From Tubulanus polymorphus (Eukaryota > Animalia > Nemertea): a stretch of 64,000 nucleotides of DNA. The stretch covers positions 2,193,950 to 2,257,949 of the forward strand of contig NC_134026.1 in the NCBI RefSeq assembly GCF_964204645.1. The letters are read 5' to 3'. A program made the position numbers and the translations under genes. Below, one piece after another: positions 39,901 to 57,922 of this stretch (within the stretch, counting starts at the first letter, position 1; every line of letters starts with the position of its first letter). Under the pieces are notes generated by a model. It did not search any database, was not told the DNA's origin, and worked only from the letters and a program-made list of their open reading frames with translations.

Positions 39901-42624
39901 TGAATTTGCGGTAATATGATTTTTATGATATTGTATAGTTACTGCTCGAGGCTCCCGATGATATTTACGGATTCAAATTCTGTCCGACCGATCCGAATAT
40001 TATCGTCGGAGGTTGTATGAACGGACAGGTTGTATTGTGGGATATTTCCGCTCACGTCGAAAGACTGAAAGTTCCTCGATCGACGAACAAGAAAAAGAAT
40101 CCAATGGACACTTTGGTATGCATCAATTACCAATACATGGCTCATGGGCCTATAACTTATTTTTCGTTTGTGAAATTGGGAAAAAGGCCACGAAACCTTC
40201 AAACTTTGTTATATCATTTCAGAAAGGTTTTGAGGATGAGAATGCTTTAGAGACTCCTATTGTAAGGTATGCCGCTGTATCTAGTATCGAACACAGTCAT
40301 AAAGCAGCTATTACTGATATACTATGGGTTCCAGATCATATGGAGGTATTCGATTTATCCTACGCTTTCACCTCATTTAATTTCCGACTAACAAATGAAC
40401 TGACTGTATTTGCATATTACAGGTCACGAGAATGGGAATTCCTATAGAAAACAAAAGTCAACAGTGTACTCAGATTATGACATGTGCAACTGATCAGTAA
40501 GTACCGTAGTGAAGTCATATTGATTTAGATAAAAGTTATTCTTCTCGGGATCTAAAACTGAAAACAAATCAGATCGCCAGTCATAATAGAAATTTAGTTT
40601 CTTAACAAGACCCAGTGCATAGTATTTATTACGTGCTTGGTTTTTCAGTACGGTTTTATTCTGGGATATCAAACCCCCTAAATCCGGTAACGTACCGGAA
40701 TCGAAGATGAAAACGCCGATGGGCGTTCCGACGACGTTCAAACACTTAGACCTTACGTGGAAACCGGTTCTGAAAGTAAGCATCGTTATAATATTCGTAC
40801 GGTTGCGCAGGCAACACTCACTGGGTTTATCTTCTGATATTCTTCTATAGGTAACATTGCTGAAATCAGAACCAGGAGGCGATCACAGTCCGATTAAATT
40901 CAGTATTTCTGAAAAACAAGGAAATCGTTCAGTTTGTAAGTAGAGTTGTTTTCCATGACTGTATAATCTTATCAAATAGAAAACCCAGACTTACGAATAG
41001 AGGATCTCGATGTTTCATCTCAAATACTATGAGCCACTGAAAATAACTCTTAGCATTTGAGGTGAAATCTCAAAATCCTGTACTAATTACTACTTTGTTT
41101 TATTGTGGGTTTTTCTTCAATGAGCTGTAGGTTTGATATGCTGCTTATATCTGAATGTTGCACTGTTGTATTTGTTTGTATAGTGAGTAATTTGGTTGAG
41201 AAGAAGGAAGTTGATGCTACTCAGTCTCAGAGCGGCGGATTCAGTTTTGGCAGCACTAAACCAGGTTCAGCTAAAGCTAAGACTTTAGAAAACGTCAATA
41301 CACATTTCTACGTCGGAACGGAAGTATGTCTCACGTACCCGGTATAAGTTATTTTAAGGTAAACCATTCATCGAGTCTAATATTCAGGATCTTTCGAATC
41401 TTGATTTTTAGGATGGTGAAATTGTCTACGTCGATTGGATGCCTCAAAAAGATCAGGACACCGGGAAAATAGGAAGTAGGTTTTTAGTTTGGGATTTTAG
41501 GATCAATTTTGTTATTTTCTTTTTTCATTCTAATTTCTCATTTCAGCAATGAAACCTATTTTTTATAATTCATTCCACGATGGACCGGTCGTCGCTATGC
41601 AAAGATCGCCGTTCTTCAGCGATGTTATTTTACTCGTCGGTGGATGGACGTTTTCAATTTGGAAGGAGAAAGTCAACGTAAGTCATCCTGTAACGAGAAT
41701 ATCTTATGAATTCTGATTTCTCTTCATCGAGATGAACTGATTAATATCAGGTTTAATCATGCACTTTAAAACTATAGTTAAACCGATTTCTATGTATCCA
41801 TTCCGTTCTATAGAGTGGTCCTATATTGAGCTCATGCGCCGCAACGAAGCGTTTAACATACGGTCACTGGTCGCCGTCACGTCCGTCTGTATTCTATATC
41901 ACTCGAGCTGATGGAAGCGTCGATGTGTGGGATTTATTAGATAAAACTCACGAACCGTCGCTGAATCAGAGCGTTTCATCACACGCGATCACTTGTATTT
42001 TCCCGTATGAAGTTACAGGTAGGTTTTGAATCCTACGCGCAGTTAACGCGGCTAAATATTTACGAGTTTAACCTTTTTTGTATTGATCTATCTGTTGTAG
42101 CTAAACAGCACCTATTAGCGGTTGGAGATGATGCTGGTACTCTTCATATTATGGAAATACCATGGAGTCTTAGACATTCAGTTGCTAATGAGGTATTGAT
42201 AAATTTAATCATTTACCGCATAACTTTGACGAGACTGGACGATTGAAACTGTCAATATTTGTGTATCGTATTTGCTAATAGGAACAAATGATGTTGAATT
42301 ACGTCGACCGTGAGGTGAAAAGAAGACATTTCGTCGAAGCCAGATGGGATTTCAGGGAACAAGAGAAACGCGAAATGGAAGCTGAAACCAAGAAAAAAGC
42401 TGGTGTAAGTCATAAGTTAACTTCATGCAAAACGTTTCGGACTGATTCAAAATGCTGAGACATCTCAAATCACATTACAGATCGCACCAAATGTTGTTCT
42501 TACCGAAGAAGAAATCCTATACAAGATGAAACAAGAATACCAGGCATACTTGGATGATGAGTCATCGTTCTTAAGAGAACTAGGACTGAAAGATGATATA
42601 GATGAACCGTTACCAGAGGTTTGA
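36970..42624 (+). CDS. DNAI3: Dynein axonemal intermediate chain 3 (WDR63, IC140 homologue), ~24 small exons
   Basis: Spliced peptides PLFLSGQSQGIFNC..DFHPVKQ, TQTDWKYPRNACTQYYPR, LQQNEIMDVFIDDW, EYQSFTDLQFSK, ILIWSFTDPIHPQLLLEAPDDI, GGCMNGQVVLWD, VSSIEHSHKAAITDILW, WSPSRPSVFYITRADGSVDVWDLL, LLAVGDDAGTLHIMEIPWSL are characteristic of WDR63. Confidence 0.92.
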
Positions 42625-43945
42625 GCCCTATATAACACCAGAGGATAATATTAAGATTATCATAAAATCAGTCGAAAATAACCACAATAGAATCAATTCT
42701 AAACTCAATATTTGCTGTAATATTGATGTTGCAATACTGTTGATAATTCCTGCTTGATATCATTAAAGATCCGTCCATTGTATTTCATGAACTATTTCAT
42801 AGAATTCAAAACTTACATGTAACGCAATGTGCCCACCACATACATATAAATATATAGGAATGAATGATAGAATTATTTATGCTACAGTTGATAATTTTTA
42901 TTTTCTGAAAAAGCAAATGAACATGTACATGTATATAAATCCTATTTCGATTACTGTTACAGGTTTTTACTGTTGTAAAATATATTTTCATTTATTTATA
43001 AAATCACATTCTTGACATGCATGAAACTTAAAAATAAAGCTTACGTTTTTCTGGCTATTTTTGTTGTTTATTTTTGTTTGCTTTTATCGCATGTGTCGGT
43101 GATTGAAATACACTTAAAGCAAATCAGACTAGCGAGATGGACAAACATACATCTACATGCATTATCGATGTACCCGGTACCAAACAAGCCCTTCTGTAGA
43201 TTCCCTCGGTTTGGAACTGTTCAATTTTCTGTTCACTGGATGAAATACTCTACGTCAGTTGTTACATCTTTACTCGGGCTAATTATGCAGCGCTCCTGCC
43301 TGCCCAACCCCTATGACAATATATATGTATGTAATTGAACACTAATGCATAGAATCGTGCACTATTGATTACAATACATAGTCAGATCCTTATTGTACAT
43401 GGCAGCATTCACAATAAATACTTGAAGAGGCACAAGATACTAAACGTCTTAAAAACAATCAGCCCATCTTATACAGATTGACAAATTCAAATTGACCAGA
43501 ATAAACATGTAAAGCGTGAAAAATACATTCATTAAATGGCAATGTTTCTTCATAATCGTTGGACCTAAGAATATCATTTTAATGCCCATGAACCTTGACC
43601 TGTCTATAGTCCGATTTGTGATAATCTTTCTACTAGCAGAAATTAAATTCATGAATTGAATTTTGACACCCACCAGGAATGTGATATCACAGATCTTAAG
43701 CACATATTCATATCTAAATTATGCAAGGACAATGACGCGATAAAAATAGAGTTATCGATACAAAAAAGTAAAAGACGTTTCTATTCATTTCATACAAATA
43801 TAATATTTCAACAGTGATCACAGAAATTATGAAACTGTAATATCCATCCATGCACGCTCATGTAGGCCTACATGTATTGAAGTTTCAAGTCAGGAGATTA
43901 AAAAGTCAAAATCAACTTGATTAAAGTTCGGAGCGATTGTGATTA

Positions 43946-46900
43946 TCATCCTATGCGAACGAATTGTCCGATGAAATTAGCGATTCCCAAAACGATTAAT
44001 CCACAATGAAAAACGATGACCGGAATTGTCAGGGTTCCTTCTTTTTTTCGCTCTAACATATACACTATACACGGGAGGCAGAAGATGTACGCTAATCCAC
44101 AGAAAGCACCAGAAAATCTACAAAAAATGAACCAATAAGATAAAGGGGATTAAGAGGGACCTTACAACGAAATCCTCATTATCTAATAATATGAGGTCAC
44201 TTCCAATTAACTGATAACAATATATAGTAGGCGATAAACAAAGATAAACATTGATTGGAATGAGATGTGAAGTACTTTTCAAAGACTGACCTTATAATGA
44301 CACCAATATGAGGCAAAAATCTGGCGAACAGTACACAAATTGTAACCAGTATTGCATTCAATATTAGCACGTGTAGTACCCTAGGGAATTATATAGTACA
44401 ATTTCACAATAACACATATTTCACAAAAATCAACTAATTCAACACGAATTTTGATATGGAACGGAGATGACAAACTTACCCGGGGTAAACTGATCCAAAT
44501 ATTGGATATAAGATTTGTACTCTGAAGATGTATGTCAACAGCGGAAACACTGTCATCATTTGGAAGAATAAACAAACGCGAGCAATCATAGCCATCAAGT
44601 CATAATTCGCCAGATTATTCAACAAATTCTGAATGAGTAAAAATACAAGCAGCCTATGAGATAGAATACCAGGAGGTATCAAAAATAAGAGAAAAATTTG
44701 AAATTAAATCACGGATAGTCTACTTACATCTTCGATACAGGCTTTCGCATAAGGAAATGCGGAATAAAAACACAATCCAACAAAGATGTACGTTACACTT
44801 ACTAAAATATAAGCAATACTGAGATCGCGACCCTGTAAATAAAACAAATACAGATTATCAAATCTACTCATGCTCTCTTATAAAGTAGTTCTAAAGATTT
44901 GTACTTACATTATTTTGTGGATTTTTCTGCATTCGCAGGATACTGAGGGCGCAATTGTGAACGAAAAATGCCAAGGAAAGCGTTCCAGTTAAGGAGAAAA
45001 ATGTTGGCACGAATTCTAAATTTGCAAAGAAATATGATATGCTTGGATATTAAACGTTCTGGTGCATAATGCAAGATAAGTGTATGAAGAAGATTCGATG
45101 ACTTACGATGTATTTTCATTGTAGGATCACTAGCATTGAAATCTAAATGGAAGCCCCAATAGGCAGCTTTTACGACGACAAATGCTACAATGTACATCAC
45201 TGAAATTGTGCCTGAAAAGTCAAAATTTCAAAATACATTACCTTGAAATAAACACATAATTAACTAAATGATAGTCAGTTGTCAGATATTCTTTTTCAAA
45301 TTTCAGAGAAATCGTTATTCTTCAAAACTGAAAAGTTAGATGTTCTTACTTACCCAGTGAGTTAAACTTTGTGAAGAACGTTGGCGACTTGAAATTAATC
45401 AATGGAAATACAGCTGCGATCAAAAAGAATGGAACAGTCTTCACTTGATCCCATACTTTGTGAAAAATACTTTTTGGAGGTGGCATCGGTGTTGTCATCA
45501 GAAAATCATAGAAGTTCATAGTCTGGGGTGGAACTGTCGCGTTGTGGCTCGGTATGTGAGGAGGGTGAGGACAAACAGCTGTAGATTTGAAAAGAAGACG
45601 ACAAATGATTAAAATTTGAGAACAGAAACTACAGTAAATATACAATGTAATGCTCAAATCATGATCATTTGAGAGATGAAAGAAAAAAATTGAGTTTGAC
45701 TATAATATCATATTATGATAATACAAGAAAACTTAACAGAACTAATGACTTACCATCTAGATATTTGCCATGGTTAGTATGATTGACATGAGGTGACGGG
45801 ATACTAGAGTTTGTCGCTTTATCTATAACACAAGCATATATTTGAAGTTAGCGAATTCAACTAATTACATATGTTATTATACAGACTTTCAGCGATTCTT
45901 AACACTCTTACCATGAATAAATGAGACTGTGTTGAACAGGAAATTCGACATGAGCACCCAAAAGACGATCATCGCACCAAGGAGTGTCGCAACTGAGAAA
46001 AATATTCCGGCAAGCTCTCCCCACTTCCCTAAGTAATACCGGCAAACATCCGAGAATTCCAGCACATTGACTTTCCCCTCTGAAGGAAATAATTTCATCC
46101 TTCAGCTTAGCCTGAAACCTACTGAATTACATATAACAAGTTTGAAATCTACTCACCTAATGCTCTCGGAGATCGAATAACTAAATAAGCAGTGTAAAGG
46201 GTAATGGCAGCCATTAAACACATTAAAGTAATACCAGTCGCAAAACCAGCCTAAAACAATAAAACAATTTGGTATTTCTATCTTCAGAGTTTATTTTGAC
46301 TTTATTCAAATTATTCAGTTATTAAGTCAGTGAAGTCTACACTGACCTGTTGTATTGCCCAAGGTATGCTCAGTAAAGATGTACCCATCATCGTGTTCCA
46401 AATTGAGAATCTGAAATGCAGAGTTCAATGAATTCTTTTGTATGCAACACAAAGATATGACTTTGACCTTTGATGCAATTGTCAAAAACTTACATAGTAA
46501 CAATACTTGATTGTGTTCCATCTGTTCTGAGAGGAATGACAGCAAAAAACTTAGCAGGCACAACATGATCAGGCATCAACTGAAATTTGTTTTATCAAGC
46601 ATCTTTTATTATCAGAAACAGTACATTCTCATGGATTTAGATGCTTTCAATCAGTAATGACCATAATTCAGGTATTTTGGATTGGGATGGATCAATTTGA
46701 CAACAATATATCATGATGCATAGAATACGTACCAGTAAACTGTTTCTACCGTGCGGTGCTAGTTTACTGTAATATTTATATCTGTTAATTGAAGCTACCG
46801 TATTTTCATCATGATCGTACAATTCTCTGTAAACCTCGGTAGGATTGATGCTGTGATAATGTAATGGCCGCCTGGAAAATAAAGTAAATTTTACGGTTGA

Positions 46901-47956
46901 AATTAATTCATCATTTTACATATTTTGAGGACGCTACTTTCTCCGTGAAATTTCCTCCAATATTGATAACTACCTGACACTTTTTGAATCAGAATTTCGT
47001 TCATTTGGTGAAGAAATTGAACTTAATCTTCTACAAATAAATGAACAATCAAATCACACCAAAATGAGGGAGTTTGAATTGTTTATTGTGTACCTAGCCA
47101 ATAGGACATTTATAGTGACTGGACATAGATTATCTATTAATTACTAAATAAGGTATTGTTTTGGCAATATAGGGGTGGTGTGACATAAAGGATCGACAAA
47201 TAATTAACAAGTGACATTAATTGTTATATTGAGTCATGGATGATTGATCAAGGATGTGCATAGATACTAATAGACAGATACCACAAGTCTAAACAGTAGT
47301 TAGTAATTAAATTGTGCTCTGGGGCTAATAAATAGCTAGAAAATAGGCTTAGACAGAGACTAGAACAATTAGATTTGTATACATTGATCATAGGCCCGGG
47401 AGAGTGCTATTGAATAATATTATGTGAAGCTCGATTTGTGATAAAGTTGTGTTTAACCTACCTTCCACTTCTAGAACTTGTTGGAGATTCACTATGTGTG
47501 ATATCCAAATCCGACGATGACCTAAAAACCCCCAAAATTAATAGCGTTTAGAATGACACTAAGAGAGACTTGGAAAACCCATGGAATGGAAGACCAATAG
47601 AAATAGAGAGCCGTCGTAGGGAAGTCCTGACTGGAAGATAGAAAAGTTCATTTGAAATTGGACCCTCGGCCTCCCCCCGCTAAGGACCCTGGGCCTGGCT
47701 GGGCTTTGTACCAATCATCATACCATTTTGCTTCACTTTCACCCAGATGCCTAAATGATATTTATGATTGGGATTTAAAACATTCCCTAGTTCACTATTT
47801 GCAATGTTTACTAATTTTAAACTTTTTGGTGTGTCGATAGGCCTACCTACGAAGTGTTAAATCAAAATTACTTGACATGATGACTTACCCTTTTAACAGT
47901 GGACTTTGTTCATTCTTCGTACCATTACTGGGTTTTCGTTTAGGTTTTGGATCCAT
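43946..47956 (-). CDS. SLC38A9: Lysosomal amino-acid transceptor SLC38A9, multi-exon
   Basis: [15 protein letters not shown] (Rag-binding N-tail), [90 protein letters not shown], ends [10 protein letters not shown]. Confidence 0.94.
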
Positions 47957-48117
47957 ATTTACTTCTAATGCGTTCCAGGAACCAAATCAAAAAGCGAATC
48001 AAAATAATGCTCCTAGGATCTAGGCCCAATGCCAGAGACCGAGACCAGCTGACTTTTGTATATTTCCGGGTTGTAAGCGCTACCAAGTGGCAAAAATAAA
48101 GTGGACTCGAACAAGGC

Positions 48118-48206
48118 AAAAGAAGATATGTGGGATTCGAACCTAAGTTTTGACAGTTCTCCGTAGACTATGAACGAATACCTACCAGATGACCCAGGGT
48201 TTCTCC
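48118..48206 (-). ncRNA. Candidate Pol III small RNA (vault-RNA-like architecture)
   Basis: A-box-like TGGGTCATCTGG at +11, B box GGTTCGAATCC, GGAGA/TCTTC terminal stem followed immediately by TTTT; no tRNA cloverleaf. Pattern only, no expression data. Confidence 0.4.
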
Positions 48207-48234
48207 TTGAAATTATTTCCGGGTTCTTGTGAAG

Positions 48235-50807
<2,573 letters not shown>

Positions 50808-52408
50808 TCAACTTCAGAAAAGTGAACTTAAAAGGATATTTACAATGTCTTATTCGCATTTCAAAAAAATGTTTCCCTAATGTGTAGTTGAAGGTTTTCG
50901 TTCGTTTATCCTATCCTGAGGTTTTGTTTCTCTTCGCCGACAAAAGTTAAGTCCTGCAAAAAATCATATTCGATTCAAAGAAATTAATTCCTAGAAATTA
51001 AGTATTTTATATATTTAATACAATACTCATGTTGTTGAATGATTTTGAATGTGATCCATATAAGCTCCGAGCTCTGCAACTAATATGTGAATTGTAATCA
51101 GCTTTGTGAGTGAAGCTTTGACTTGAATTGGTGCTGTATGTTGTTCCTATGAGGACATAATGTCTTGAATTTCTAATATGTGGTTGAAAAGGTGTGGTTT
51201 AATATAAAATGCATATCATCGACAGTGATGTTTGAGTACAGAAATATGTTATAGAAAACTATCACTCAAAGTGATGATTAGCGTCTAGCGTTAGAATAAA
51301 CTAATTTGTTCAAAATACTGCCTTGTGATTAAATTATTTTTAATGGGAATATTGAACTTCACCGATGAGCCTTCGCCTCTGTAAAGACTTCACACAATCA
51401 TATTCGGAAATTCAGCTCCGATCAGAACAAAAAGGAGGAACAAACTTTATTTTCGTTATAAAATATATTATAATAAATATATCTGTATTTATTTGTTCCA
51501 AGCAGTTAAAGTGTTAAGTATAATTCAGTCACCCAGAGAGGAGCAATTAATCGTAATACATGAGAATTGCTCTCGTACCAGAACCAATTCAATGTGACCA
51601 GTTTTATACACAGGTTTTTGCTGTGGTCAAGACACGTCTTTTGATTAACAAACAAACCAATTAGAAAATTGCCTTTCACATACACACAAACTATTTGATA
51701 ATTTAAAATAAATAAATGATTTCATCAAAAATAAAATCATATATGATTGTAGAATATATCTTGTTCAAAATAATTTCATCTTCAAACTACTGTTGGGTGC
51801 AAATAGGCAGCAGCATATTGAACAAGCCACTGACCAAATGTACAGTGCATCGCTTTCAATATTAACAGTATTAAATTTTAATCAATCGTGTTCAGAAATC
51901 TGACAGATGGTAATGATCTATGTCACAGCTGTATAGATACCAAGAAATCAATAATGAAATCACAATCCTGTTGCACACAAAATTACATCAACTCCACGTA
52001 TAAACGTACATTGTAAACAGTAATGGTGAATTCATTTTAAGAACATAACTCATTGATGTAATTATGCTTTTGTCATAGGAAGAGATGGTCAACTGACTAG
52101 AAAATGTTATACACGCACATTTGATTTTTGTGTTTTCCCAACCACAGTTTAATAACAAGGACCAAAGGGCCAGTTCCATAGTTTAGGTTAAAATTCGACT
52201 ATAGGGTTTATAGAAGATTGAAAAAAAAATCTAACTGGAACTGGATCATGATTACGTGAATAAAATTCATGCCAACCTAAATCAGTTCGTTCAAACAAAA
52301 CTTAGCAATTCATTCATGCAGTATTGTGTAATTCAACCCATCCATTTGTAGTAAGTAAAATGTTCCTGAAGTTTTGGAATGTTCATTTGTCTAATGCTGC
52401 TGCATTGG

Positions 52409-54228
<1,820 letters not shown>

Positions 54229-54860
54229 CTTTTAGGTATCTTTACTACTTTAGTTTATCAAATACTGAAGAAATTCTCTATCAAAAGAATAATCAAGGAA
54301 CTTGATATATACTTAAATTCATTTTTGAGGATTAAGTAATCGTACTGTTTAGACGTGGATCAGAAAAAAATATATCTTAAAAAAAAGTTGTGGTCGTTTT
54401 TGTTTGGTAAATAGTACAACCACGAAACCGGCTGTCAAAAATCCTACATCGATTTGAGCAGCTTCTGAACTGATAACAATATGATTTCTTTTATTCCACA
54501 TTCCAAACATGGCATTATGGCAATCTCTATCAAGAATTAAGTAGATATGTCGGCATTTTTCAAGTTTTATTAGCATTTCAACGTATTTTAAGCGCTCTTA
54601 CCAGGAAAGTACGTGCCACGCAGCAATAAGACGAAAATGTTTAGCGAAGCGGTAACATGTTCATAGTTTCAAAGTTTGGCCGCTAGGCGCCGCCATCGTA
54701 CGTTGTTTAAAAATGGCGATGTATGTCGACTACGTAAATTTCGTTAGATTCAGTGGGAATAATTTCATCTCTAGGCGTTTGTATCGTGTTTGATTAATGA
54801 TAATTATATGGAATATATTTTCAATGATTTGATTGTGAAGTAGGTCTACTATGGAAAGGA

Positions 54861-57800
54861 ATGGCTCTCTCCACAAGCGCGTATTCTAACAACAAAGTGA
54901 GTAGACTGTTCACTTAAATCCTCAAATTCAAGTCAATTAAGTTCATTCCGTAGGTAAAAATATAGATATGTCTAGTTTTCATTAAATGATTTGATAACCC
55001 TATGTTCTCCGAGTAAGTTGATTAATCATTTGAAAAGCTAGACAAATTCTTTATTCATTTTCTGTCAGTTACAGTGTAATCTCTTGTCATATGTCATCAC
55101 ACTTCACTTGTTGACTTACTTGTCAAATGACAATCAATCAATAATGTCCTGTCAATGTGTTAGTCCCAGTTTGTCAGAAATTATCAAATTCATCATGTAC
55201 CAGTATTTTCTGATCTAACGCATTGTGTATTTTTTCTTAGGTTGGCCTTTCATCAGGGCAAGTGCTTCAGCCCATCCCAAATAGTCCCAAAGTTAAACTA
55301 TGATAGGCCTAATGACTGTTTTAATAAGATTTTTTTTGGAAAAATCTGTCTCGTTTTGACTTCAAATCTGATTAGGTTTGGTGTCTAAATAGTCTGTGTG
55401 TCACTGTGTGAGAAGGTTTATGTGAAACTGGATTATACCAGTTAATAGTACAGTAGTCTATAAGGAAGTACTGTTTAACTGTTTGTGGTAAAATTACTAA
55501 GATTTAAATGTAATTAAACAATTGTCGGATTACGAAAAGTTTTCTGCAATGAGCTGATTATTGACATTTATACAGATAGTCTGATCTATGCATTGTATAT
55601 TATATAACATATTGTTTGTATATTGATATTAATTGAATGGAGTATGAATTCCTTCCTATTGATTGTTGGCATTCAACCAATGATTTCACATATAGAAAGA
55701 AAATCTACTGTCAAAATTCTATGTATGTCGTTTACGTGGAAGTGACTGGGCTTGTTTACATTAACATAAAACCACTGACTCTAATATGCCAAGAATTACT
55801 AGGCTAGGTGTCGGGGAGGAGTCTTTCTGTTTCAGGTTTCATTTCTGAAAATGAGAAACCATCCCTTAATCGAGACGAGGATCAATTCATCGACGGAAAA
55901 GATCGCATAAAGTCGTTTAATAGATCCTACATTAAACAGGCCCGCTAAATATACGACAACGAAATGTGTCAAAATCGAATCAAACGTCGAATATAAAAGT
56001 CGTATTGAAAACAGGATTTTTACAATAATAAGATCAGAAAATATTTCCAACGTACGTGCTTCTTTATTGAAACGTTTTACCGAGTTATATGTTTAATAGT
56101 GACTGTTTTCTAGCCCTGTTGCATAGACCACTTCACACGCACAATGAAAAACAACGTCGTTTTTTTTTTAAGGTTTTTTTTTTTTGTCGGCGGCGTACTC
56201 GAAGTCTCCGGTCTCTCGCGTTAACATTCTCTCTCGACTTTTTTTATGCGATCGCATTCATATTTTGTCGGTAGCTATTCGTATTCGAGTACAATTGAAT
56301 TAGAATTACAGAGTGGTTTTAACACTGATAGGTAGACATAACTACGAATTCGTAAGTGCTGTCATTCCTTTACTAGCCAGGAATTTCCAAGTCAGAGTAG
56401 ATAAAGGTATTCGTTCCGAGTAACCTAATAGGTTTACATGTACCTCTTATTTGGCAAATATGTATATATTCGTAAGATGGAAGCTTAGGTCTGTTATTGT
56501 CTGTAATTGTGATATCTATTTCATCATCAAAAAGGAATACAAAATTACTAAAGGATAACACAGAATCAGTCGATTGATGATAGAGCCATAAAGGGTGTGC
56601 AATCACTGGGATGTTCAGACTCCTTGAAAAAAGAGTTTGATTAGTGGTAATAATAGTGAGCGATTAGTAAGGAATAGGCCTAATATTGATAATGATTAGG
56701 TATAAGAATGATTCAGAAATCATTTGTTGCTCAATTGATTTTGTTTAGGATCTGGATCTGGCAGTTGTGAGTTAATATTTGAATCCATAGTTAAGTAATT
56801 CAAATTGAACTTCATAAGTCTAGAATCAAATTTAACCAACTGGAACTGGCCCAAAAGTTAGGAAAATGTTTGTATGAATCAGATTACCAGTAATGTACGA
56901 TTGATCACCCAGTGAGTTCTGAGAACTGATTTCGAGACATTTTCACTGTTTAAGTTATTGTTTCTGGTTGGAATTAATTTGGAATGAAATTGAAATTCAA
57001 GCATATACGGAATGTGATTTATTGTATATAGTGAATTGAATTGTTCATTATACATGTGTGTGAGTCAACTGTACAGTAGTGCTGTATATATGTATGTCCA
57101 GATTGAATTTTATGAGGTCAGAACGTCATAGTTGGTTGGTCAAACAGTACTGACTATCTGTGATATTATACGAATTAAAATAGTTTGAATTCCTGAGTTT
57201 ATTATAATACTATTTAGGGCAGCTAAAACCCCTGTGTCAGGAGAAGACGCACAACCAGTGGGTTCATCTCAAATTGCTTTGATTGGTTGAAATCTTGATT
57301 TATTAAGCCAGCACTCGAAGAGTTGTTTCCTATTATTCTGTCTAATAAAATGGACATGTCATGAAATTGCTAATTGGTAGGGCAATTTTTCATTACTCGG
57401 AGTACAGATTTTTAAAGAAAAAATGGGACAGTAAAGGGATTTTGTTGGAGAATTGTGATAACAGCACAACTGAGGAATAAAAACAATTTTAAGTTGTGTT
57501 TTTTGCAGAATTCCAGACTCCAGAGGTTATTTAAAAAAAGGCCTTACAAAACTGTATCAGGAGGCAAGAAAAGTGTCATTACAACTTCTATTACCCTCTA
57601 ATCTCGAGTATAGCAATGGAAGGGTTGATAAAATTGCTTTTTTTCTGTATTTTAGATACAATCGATGGAAATACATAATGCAGAGCTGACAGCATCTCAG
57701 AATAAACACCAGTTTTTGGAGAAGGTTAGATTGAGCGATGAAGCGGTGCAGGCCGGTCAGTTTAATGTCGCCATCAGGCTCTATACTGAAGCACTGGCGT

Positions 57801-57922
57801 TGGATCCACTCAATCATATACTGTACAGTAACAGATCTGCTGCCTATGTTAAAGTAGCTAAATATCAAAGAGCTTTGCAAGACGCCCTTAAATGTCAAGA
57901 GCTGAATCCACAATGGCCAAAG
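54861..57922 (+). CDS. TTC28: Tetratricopeptide repeat protein 28, 5' part (exons 54861-54896 and 57656-57922); gene continues beyond window
   Basis: KHQFLEKVRLSDEAVQAGQF..AIRLYTEALALDPLNHILYSNRSAAY..NPQWPK|gt matches the N-terminal TPR exon of TTC28. Upstream exon MALSTSAYSNNK|gtgagt joins in phase 0 (this first exon is less certain). Confidence 0.82.
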
